From Elsinoe ampelina (lineage: Eukaryota): a stretch of 29,779 bases of DNA. Shown one piece after another: positions 21,485 through 29,779 of the stretch. The DNA is taken from assembly GCA_010093995.1 (NCBI GenBank), contig ML992505.1:1879533-1909311 (forward strand), in the 5' to 3' direction. A model generated the notes under the pieces. That model saw only the letters and a list, made by a program, of their open reading frames with translations, was not told the origin of the DNA and made no database searches. The first letter of the stretch is position 1. The number at the start of each line of letters is the position of its first letter. A program made the position numbers and the translations under genes.

Positions 21485-21983
21485 GTTTCACAACTGGCAG
21501 CGCTGCTGGGGGAATCATGTGTGATATGACATGGTAGATATTCTGAATGATACAAACATTGACATTGCGGTCACATGGCTTGCCTGGTTTGCCTGAACTC
21601 CCTTGAGGTCGCGCATCGTACCTGGCGATATGCACAGCCGCGATGACAGGATATTAGATGGTAAGCCTAGGAGGGCAGGTTCAAGTAGGGAACAGGAATT
21701 GATCAGGAACGACCGCAAGCCACAAGACGTCACGGAATATTCAGCCCTGCTGTCGCCAAGGAGATCTGCAGTCACGATCAGTCCTTTGCCGTGGCGATCT
21801 GCTTACTGTCAAGAAAGTCATTCTGGAAGATCTTCTAAGTAGATCTGCAAGTTTGCTGTTCATCCAGGAGAAGACGGACAATGGTCATGGGGATTCACCA
21901 TCCGGGCCTTGGTTGTATGTCTAATGAGATGGAGATTGACGTCGGATGCGAGGAATGAATTGGTTCTGGTCACACCTACGGTA

Positions 21984-22125
21984 TGTTGTAATGGAAGGCT
22001 GGTACAGCTTCTCTGGTACTGAAGAACTGGTACTGATGAGTCAGCGCACGCACAGTAGATAAATCGGTTATTGTAACTCTCTGAATGAAATATACGTCTC
22101 TCGATCCAATTTGCTAGTTATAATA
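21984..22125 (+). repeat. Copia 5' LTR (142 bp)
   Basis: Terminal inverted repeats TGTTGTAA / TTATAATA (two C>T changes from TTACAACA) immediately followed by the PBS. The partner LTR is not in the window. The expected TSD is CGGTA (21979-21983). Confidence 0.75.
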
Positions 22126-22142
22126 GGTTATAAGCCCGGCGC
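22126..22142 (+). other. Copia primer-binding site complementary to the anticodon-arm half of initiator tRNA-Met
   Basis: GGTTATAAGCCCGGCGC, one G>A change from GGTTATGAGCCC, the copia-type internal tRNA-iMet PBS. Confidence 0.75.
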
Positions 22143-22395
22143 TTCTACAAAAGCACTTAAAGCTATAGTAAATTAAGTATGTCATTATTAAAAGGATTAC
22201 TAAGCCGCCTATACTGAATTCTAGACTAGCTGCATTAAGATAAACACTTGTAGTAGCCCGCATTAACCCTTTAATTAAACGGTTTAAACGGCTTAAATAA
22301 GCTAATTACATTAATTAAATCAATAGGCCTTTAGCTAATTACTATTATTATGTCTAGATTAGCAAAAATGCTCGAGACTTAGATTCTTAAGAGAG

Positions 22396-23325
22396 NNNNN
22401 NNNNNNNNNNNNNNNNNNNNNNNNNNNNNNNNNNNNNNNNNNNNNNNNNNNNNNNNNNNNNNNNNNNNNNNNNNNNNNNNNNNNNNNNNNNNNNNNNNNN
22501 NNNNNNNNNNNNNNNNNNNNNNNNNNNNNNNNNNNNNNNNNNNNNNNNNNNNNNNNNNNNNNNNNNNNNNNNNNNNNNNNNNNNNNNNNNNNNNNNNNNN
22601 NNNNNNNNNNNNNNNNNNNNNNNNNNNNNNNNNNNNNNNNNNNNNNNNNNNNNNNNNNNNNNNNNNNNNNNNNNNNNNNNNNNNNNNNNNNNNNNNNNNN
22701 NNNNNNNNNNNNNNNNNNNNNNNNNNNNNNNNNNNNNNNNNNNNNNNNNNNNNNNNNNNNNNNNNNNNNNNNNNNNNNNNNNNNNNNNNNNNNNNNNNNN
22801 NNNNNNNNNNNNNNNNNNNNNNNNNNNNNNNNNNNNNNNNNNNNNNNNNNNNNNNNNNNNNNNNNNNNNNNNNNNNNNNNNNNNNNNNNNNNNNNNNNNN
22901 NNNNNNNNNNNNNNNNNNNNNNNNNNNNNNNNNNNNNNNNNNNNNNNNNNNNNNNNNNNNNNNNNNNNNNNNNNNNNNNNNNNNNNNNNNNNNNNNNNNN
23001 NNNNNNNNNNNNNNNNNNNNNNNNNNNNNNNNNNNNNNNNNNNNNNNNNNNNNNNNNNNNNNNNNNNNNNNNNNNNNNNNNNNNNNNNNNNNNNNNNNNN
23101 NNNNNNNNNNNNNNNNNNNNNNNNNNNNNNNNNNNNNNNNNNNNNNNNNNNNNNNNNNNNNNNNNNNNNNNNNNNNNNNNNNNNNNNNNNNNNNNNNNNN
23201 NNNNNNNNNNNNNNNNNNNNNNNNNNNNNNNNNNNNNNNNNNNNNNNNNNNNNNNNNNNNNNNNNNNNNNNNNNNNNNNNNNNNNNNNNNNNNNNNNNNN
23301 NNNNNNNNNNNNNNNNNNNNNNNNN
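22396..23325. other. Assembly gap (930 N)
   Basis: Run of n. It probably hides most of the copia gag. Confidence 1.
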
Positions 23326-23450
23326 AACTCTAGTACATTAAGGCACTTTATTAAAGACAGGTTATAGTTCTTAACAATTAAGGTATATAAAGGTATTCTT
23401 AAATTTAAATAAGCTATTAGTATAAAGAAGCTACTTAATATAGAAGTTAG

Positions 23451-23662
23451 TAATACGAGATGGATTACGAACTAGATTTAGTTAGATTTAGTTAGTATCT
23501 AGGTCGAAGAGGTTATATAATCTTAGCTTGCGGCCCGGGCTTCCGGCTACTCTACCCTTAATATCTTATGTACTTTATAGACTAGCTTTCTTCTTCTTCT
23601 TCTAACTCTCGATATCTTAACGAATAGACGTAATTAACCTTCTATCTTACTAGTCGTAATTA
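23451..23662 (+). repeat. Gypsy 5' LTR
   Basis: 200/212 identical to 29500-29711 by hand alignment with no indels. Ends TA..TA are RIPped TG..CA. Contains a (TTC)5 tract. Confidence 0.95.
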
Positions 23663-23985
23663 CTATATTAAGAGTTCGAACTACTCCTACAATTAAGCAA
23701 TAGAGCTATCGAATTATCTAGTTCTCCTACTACTTATATAACTCCTAACAACTATAACTCACAAAGAACTAAAGAATTAAAGAAGCTATTACAACCGCAG
23801 TTCCCGCGTATACTATAATAGATCTCCGCTACTGCTATATAGGTTAATACTACAAATATAAGAAGAAGGTAATAAGTTAAGTTATAGACGACTCTTAAAG
23901 GAAGTAGGCCGCCGGCTAAATTTTTAATATCCCCTTTGTTACGCGTTGACTTTTATACTATAATCTACAACTAACCTCGCTAAGC

Positions 23986-25338
23986 ATAGCTCGTTCTAAC
24001 TCCAGCGATAACTACCGTTCTAGTAAGATATCCCCTCCTACTAATAATAACAATAAAGCAATTTAGTTAGCCTATTATAACCTTATTATACTTAGCAATG
24101 CCGACCTCCGGAAGAGGCTTTAAGAGATAGATAGTATAAGCACCCTATGCGAGGCTTTTGCCTTTATTAAGTCTATGTACAACAAATGAGTCGAAGTACG
24201 TAACTCTACTTATTCCGACACTCTCGACCTACGTAACTAGCTAGACGCTACCTAGTCCGAGCTAGATAGCGCTAATAACACCGCGGATAACCTTACTATC
24301 TAAGCCGCGCGCTACCTCGCCAACGTTAGTAAGCTAAAGGCCGAGCTAGCCTAGCTAAAGTCCGAGATAGGCCGCGCTACACCTACCTCTTCCGTACGAG
24401 GTATTACCTTATCGGAGAAGATACTAGACCCTGCTATGTTTAGCACCGGCACCCTAGAGTAGTTCGAGGTCTTTAAGCACTAGATAAAGAATAAGATACG
24501 CACTAACGTAGACCGCTACCTAACTAAGTTAGCGCAATTCGTATACCTCTACTCCTGTCTCGCTAGAGAAGTATATATCCTTATTATAGACTCTACTAGC
24601 GATAACACTATTAGCGTCGAGGCAGAACTAGTTCTCCTAGCCTAGCGTTTCGAGGATCCTAACTGTAAGGCCACTATACGCGCTTAGTTCGCTAGCCTCT
24701 TCTAGCGTAATAGCTCTTTTAACTCCTTTATTAGCGAGTTTAATAAGTACGCCCTTTGCGCTAAGATCGCTAACGATAAGTAGCTCTATTAGTTACGCTA
24801 GAAGATCTCTAGCGAGCTACGTATCGCCCTCGTTAACTTCGACACTAACAACCTCTTAGCCTTTATTATAAAGGCTCGCGCTACCGATTGTAACATCTAA
24901 TAGAGTAACCTTATTACTAAGCGTACTTAAGCTCTACGCTTTGTGCCGGCTATAAGCCGCGCTACTAGTGCTCTAACTCGCGCTCCTTATTCTACCTTTG
25001 CTCCTACTACTTCTCTTACTACCTTCTACCCTATAGCCGGAGGTGCCCCTTAGCCTTTCTGCTCTCCTTAGTTACTTACCTACTTTACGTGCGGTAAGCC
25101 TAGCTACATTACGCTAAAGTGTATAGCTAGTGTCTCCGAGAAGGCTACTTACGCTACTATACGCCCCTCCTATACTATTAGCGCAGTAGAGGAGATATAG
25201 TAGCTTTAGGACTGTTTAGCTAAGTTAGGCAGCTAAGTTAAGTCTAGCTCGGCTTACGACATAGATCTAGTTTAGCCTTAGTTCGACTCTAATATAGATT
25301 ACAAGTTAGCCGACCTATCTAACTAGGGAAACAACTAG
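23986..25338 (+). pseudogene. gag: RIP-mutated gag
   Basis: A single frame holds a coiled-coil-like stretch, SEKI(P)DP..F and NxDRY motifs, and a zinc knuckle at 25081-25122 (YFTCGKPSYITLKC, de-RIPped CFTCGKPGHI..KC). The start is inferred at ATA (from ATG) 23986 and the stop at TAG 25336-25338. Confidence 0.85.
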
Positions 25339-25363
25339 CTAGAGGACAAGTCCTATCCTCTAG
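25326..25363 (+). promoter_or_regulatory. -1 programmed ribosomal frameshift signal at the gag/pol junction
   Basis: G GGA AAC heptamer in the gag phase, a 6-nt spacer, then hairpin CTAGAGGA-9nt-TCCTCTAG. pol motifs lie in the -1 frame. Confidence 0.8.
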
Positions 25364-28300
25364 TAGAAGAAGGGCAATTCGAGATAGATCCGAAGGCGTA
25401 CAACTACTAAATAGCATTATTAGCTACTATATTCCTACTATTATAACTCCTATTACTATTTACGATCTATATAACCGTAACTACACTATTACTCTCTAAG
25501 CCTTTATCGATACTAGCGCGCTTATCGGCGCCGTAGCTAACTATAAGGTTCTTAATAAGCTCGAAGGCTTTAGCTACTCTATAGCGTTAGCTAACCCTAT
25601 CTAGCTTAACGCCTATAACAGTGTTCTAATAGAGTAAGTTACGTATAACATCCCCCTTACTACTACTGTCTCTAGTAAGCTTAATAGCCTTATAACCTTC
25701 CGAATTATAGATATAGGCCGTTTCGACATTATCCTTAGCCTCGGATAGCTTAAGGCTAATAGAGCTAATATCGACTATAAGCTTAGCTAAGTCATATACA
25801 AAGAAGAGTTCTTACTAGCTATTATTAAGTAGCAGCTACCGTAGCTAATTATAGAGCTAAGTTCTAGATCTAAGCCCGGCTCGGATCTAGGAACTAATCT
25901 AGTTTAGATCTAGTTCGGCTATAGTTTAGCTCGCGAACTAAGATCTAGTTCGGCTGCTAAGTTAGAACCTATTAGTCTATCTTAGCTAGTAGTACTTAGG
26001 TCGAATTTTAAGCTAGATTAGAAGGGGTTTAGGCTAGCACCTTATAGTTCTTAGCTAATGCATAAGTTCTCTTACGTACCTACCTACGTAAGTAACGCCG
26101 AACTCTAAAAGGAAAACATAATAGCTTTTATCGGCGCTATAGCCTTTACGTCGTAAGCTAAGTACTCTAGCTACGAGGTGTTTACTATCTCCGTAAAGAA
26201 TATTAAAGATTATCGCCGCCTAGCCTCTAAACTAGAGCCTAATTCTATAGAGGTCCTCCTACTAGAGTTACACGAGTTTATAGACGTCTTCTCTAAAGAG
26301 TAATCTAATACCTTGCCGATGCACCGACTAGAGTTCGATAACTGTATTATTCTAAAGGACGGCGCTAAGCTACTACGCACTAAACCCCTTTGCCGCCTCT
26401 CGCCTAAAGAGCTCGATATAGTAGAGTAGTTTATCCGTAAGTACCTCGATAAGGGCTTTATTACTTCGAGCTCTATAAGCTACTTATTACTTATCCTCTT
26501 CGTCTATAAGCCTAACAGCGGACTTCGTCTCTATATCGATTACCGCGGCCTAAACGAGGTTACTAAGCGAGATATCTACCTACTACCGCTTATTAAAGAG
26601 ACGCTTACTCGCGTTAGTAAGGCTAAGTAGTTTAGTAAGATCGACATCTGTTAAGCCTTTTACCGCCTCTATAACTCTATCGACTATAAAGACCTTACTA
26701 TATTCTCTATATGTATAGGTAACTTTAAATAGCTAGTAATACCTTTTAGCCTTACTAACGCCCTAGCCGTATAGTAGAGGTTTATAAATTATAACTTTAT
26801 CGATATGCTAGAGCGCTTTATGTCGATCTACCTTAACGACATCCTTATCTACACCGATAGCACTTACCGAGAGCACGCTAAGTATATTAAGCTAGTGCTC
26901 TAACAACTCTACGAATTAGGCCTTAATACCGACATTAAGAAGAGTAAGTTCTACCTAACGGAAGTAAAGTACCTCGGTATTATCGTCGGCCGAGATAGAA
27001 TCTAGATAGACCCTAAGAAGGTAGAAGTAGTTAAAGCCTAGAAGTAGCTAGCACCTAGTAACACTACTTAAGTTAGAAGCTTTATTAGCTTCTATAGCTA
27101 TTATCGCTGCTTTATTAAGGGATTTAGTACTATCGCTAAGCTATTAAATAATCTACTTAAAAAGGACGCCGCCCTATAGAACGATAAGTGTATAGCTGCC
27201 TTTAATCGTATAAAGCATACTATTACTAGTGCACTAGTTCTCGCGTACTTCGACTATACGAAGTAGATCGTGCTCGAAACTAACGCTTCCGACACTACTA
27301 CTACTAGCGTCCTATTATAGTACGATAACTCTAACGTGCTCCGCTCCGTTACCTTCTTTAGTAAGTCTATAAGCGAGGCCGAACGTAACTACGCTATCTA
27401 CGATAAAGAGCTCCTAGCTATTGTCTAAGCTTTCGAGGAGTAAGCCTTCGAGCTTATAAGCGCTTAGCCTAATAAGACTATTAAAGTCCTTACTGACTAT
27501 TAGTCGTTAATACACTTTATAAGGACTTAAAAGTTATTACGCTGCTAAGTACGCTAGGCTCTCTACCTTGCGTAGTTTAACTTTAAGATTATATATAGGC
27601 CTAGAGCGGCTAATAGCAAAGCTAACGCTCTTACTAGGAGGAACAGGGACGTTCTACGCTCTAAAGAAGACCCTAACCTCCGTTAGACGCTACTACTAGC
27701 AAAGGTACTCGATCGACGAATTATCGACGAGCTAGATCTAGGTCGTATCCGAACTAGATTAGCCGTTTAAGCTAAACTAAGAGCGAATAAATCTAGTTTA
27801 GCTGCCGAACTGTAATCTAACTCGCGATTTAACTCGTAGTCTAGTTTATAACCTAGTTCTATATCTAGTTTAGCACCTAGTTCACTACCTATTTCGACGT
27901 CCGTTTTGGCCGCTAAGCTAGGCATATATATAGCCCCTACCTTAGCTTTAGAGGATGCTTTACCCCTTTTCGATAGAGTAGCTAAAGCTAACCTACGAGA
28001 CGGCGAGTTCGAGTCTACTCGCGGCATTCACTGTATAACTAGTGCCTTTCCTAAATAGAGGTAGTTACTGTCGTTAGACGTAGAGATCGATAAAGGTATA
28101 CTATAGGTTACTAGCCGTCTATTCGTGCTAGAATTAATAGCTACCGAGGTAATCTAATAAGTATATACGTTAAAGGACTACGTCTACGCCGGCGCGACGA
28201 AGATAGCTACTATAATTAAGACTACCTTCTATATTCCTAAGTGCAATAGCCTCGTTAAAAGGTTCGTCGCTAATTGCTATAATTACAAGCGCTCTAAGGC

Positions 28301-29459
28301 CCGTCACAGCTTGCCGGCTAGTCTCCTATTACTACTCCCGATACCTAAAAGGCCTTAGTAACATATTACGATAGATTTCGTTACTAGCCTACTACTCGTC
28401 GACGGCTATAACGCTATGCTCTACGTGGTTAACCGCCTGTCTAAAGAACGCTACCTTATCCCCTATTTCTCTAGAGACGAAGGCACCTCAGTATTCGAGA
28501 TAGCTAAGCTATTATTTATATACGTATAGAAACTTTACGGCCTACTAGACACTATTACTTCCGACCGCGGCCCTTAGTTCGTAAGCGACGTATAGAAGAG
28601 ACTATACTAAATTCTAAAGATTACTTCTAAGCTGTCTACTGCCGTATACTCTTAGATAGATAGCTAGTCTAAAGTAGCTAATTGTAATTTCGAACGGATT
28701 ATTTATACCTATGCGTCCCGGTACTATAACTAGCTACTAATCCTTCCTATAGCTAAGTTCTCTGCTAATGTAAACCCCTCGGAGAGTACTAAGCTATCGC
28801 CCTTCGAAGTAACGAGAGAGTATAACTCTAGAATAAGCTTTTAGCCTCTAGCTAAGCTAGGCTCTACCCGATCGAAGCTAAACGAAGCTGCTATTAAAGC
28901 ACTAGCTAAATAGATAGAGGATAGTTATAAGATAGCTAGAGAGAACCTCTTAAGGTCCTAATCGTGCATAATCGAATAGGCTAACAAACGGCGCCTCTCT
29001 ACTAAGTTCGAGGCTAGTAATAGTATGTAGTTATCGACGAAGAACCTCCGGCTACAAGGAAACTCTAAACTACTACTAAAGAGGGTCGGTCCTTATAAGA
29101 TTCTAGAGAAGTAGTTAGCTCTGTCCTATAAGCTAGAGCTACTAGCTACACTATAGCGTATTTACTCTATGTTCTATGTAGATCTTCTAATAAAGCATCC
29201 GGATAATCCCTTACTAGGCTAAGCCTTTAAAGAGCTACTACTAATTAAGGTTAACAGCGAGGAAGAATATAAAGTCGACGATGTAGTAGACGTAAGAAAG
29301 CTACGTAACGGACTAGTTACTTGTATAAGCTAGAAAAGCTATCTAGAGGATCTAACGTAGTATCCTATCGACAATCTAAAAGGAGTAGCTAACGTGCTAC
29401 GCGACTACCTAGACTCCTATATAGATAAGCCTCGTCTAAGCTAGATCGACGAGATATAA
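25326..29459 (+). pseudogene. pol: RIP-mutated pol (protease, RT, RNase H, integrase, chromodomain)
   Basis: All checked motifs fall in one frame: AFIDT(G)A at 25500; GLRL(C)IDYRGLN at 26520; YL(D)DILIY at 26829; VLET(D)ASD at 27270; [14 protein letters not shown](WQ)HIT(M)DFVT(G)L at 28353; SDRGP(Q)F; VGPYKI; chromodomain EEEY(E)VDDVVD..(W)..Y...T(W)YP..NL from 29259. Confidence 0.95.
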
Positions 29460-29485
29460 GATAGCGTTTAAGGTTAAACGCGATT

Positions 29486-29499
29486 AAGAGGGGGGGTAG
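29486..29499 (+). other. Polypurine tract
   Basis: AAGAGGGGGGG-TAG immediately before the 3' LTR. Confidence 0.9.
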
Positions 29500-29711
29500 T
29501 AATATAAGATGAATTACGAACTAGATTTAGTTAGATTTAGTTAGTATCTAGGTCGAAGAGGTTACGTAATCTTAGCTTACGGCCCGGGCTTCCGGCCGCT
29601 CTATCCTTAATATCTTATATACTTTATAGACTAGCTTTCTTCTTCTTCTTCTAACTCTCGATATCTTAACGAATAGACGCAATTAACCTTCTATCTTGCT
29701 AGTCGTAATTA
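29500..29711 (+). repeat. Gypsy 3' LTR
   Basis: Direct repeat of 23451-23662, preceded by the PPT and followed by TSD GTTAG. Confidence 0.95.
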
Positions 29712-29779
29712 GTTAGTATAGTTAGACTTACTCTAACTAATAGCAAAGGTAAGAAGTTAATTATTAAGCTTTATAATTA

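Larger units (their letters stand above)
23451..29711 (+). mobile_element. Full-length Ty3/gypsy chromovirus (6261 bp), inactivated by RIP
   Basis: Two 212-bp LTRs, 5-bp TSD GTTAG (23446-23450 and 29712-29716), PPT, and gag plus PR-RT-RH-IN-chromodomain order. Extreme TpA enrichment with many TAG/TAA stops. Confidence 0.97.
21984..29779 (+). mobile_element. RIP-mutated Ty1/copia LTR retrotransposon (5' part; interrupted by a gypsy element; continues beyond the window)
   Basis: 5' LTR TGTTGTAA...TTATAATA (RIPped TTACAACA) followed by PBS GGTTATAAGCCCGGCGC. After the gap, 23326 reads AAC TCT AGT ACA TTA AGG CAC TTT, which de-RIPs to D-S-G-A-S-R-H-F (copia protease). This frame continues at 29717 (..G-T-V-R-L) once the gypsy is removed. 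Continuity across the N gap is assumed. Confidence 0.8.

Noticed and set aside
27814..27909. CRISPR-like or telomeric array
   Set aside because: These are degenerate 12-mers without spacers or TTAGGG units, inside a eukaryotic retroelement.
27767..28027. 86-aa antisense ORF with periodic Leu
   Set aside because: It is a by-product of the 12-bp array on the antisense strand of RIPped pol, not a gene.

Overview
Filamentous-ascomycete genomic DNA; the short GT-AG introns and RIP-type damage suggest a Dothideomycete-like fungus (inference). The left ~22 kb is a compact, intron-poor gene block: a TPP1/Tpz1/Est3-type OB-fold gene that the ORF track misses because it runs off the window start, FAB1 PI3P 5-kinase, a DUF2985 membrane protein, a 4-exon beta-lactamase/LovD-like serine hydrolase ending in the PTS1 tripeptide -AKL, CPS1, a PTH11-like GPCR, a decayed GH78 alpha-L-rhamnosidase remnant and a small unknown gene. 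From 21984 on lies a RIP-mutated retrotransposon nest. A Ty1/copia element (142-bp LTR, half-tRNA-iMet PBS, partly inside a 930-N gap) has its protease region interrupted by a full-length 6261-bp Ty3/gypsy chromovirus (212-bp LTRs, GTTAG TSD). The chromovirus shows a Tf1-like self-priming PBS and a GGGAAAC+hairpin -1 frameshift signal. Its most unusual feature is arrays of one degenerate palindromic 9-mer at ~11-12 bp spacing, found in the gag tail, in two pol linkers and more weakly in the LTR.
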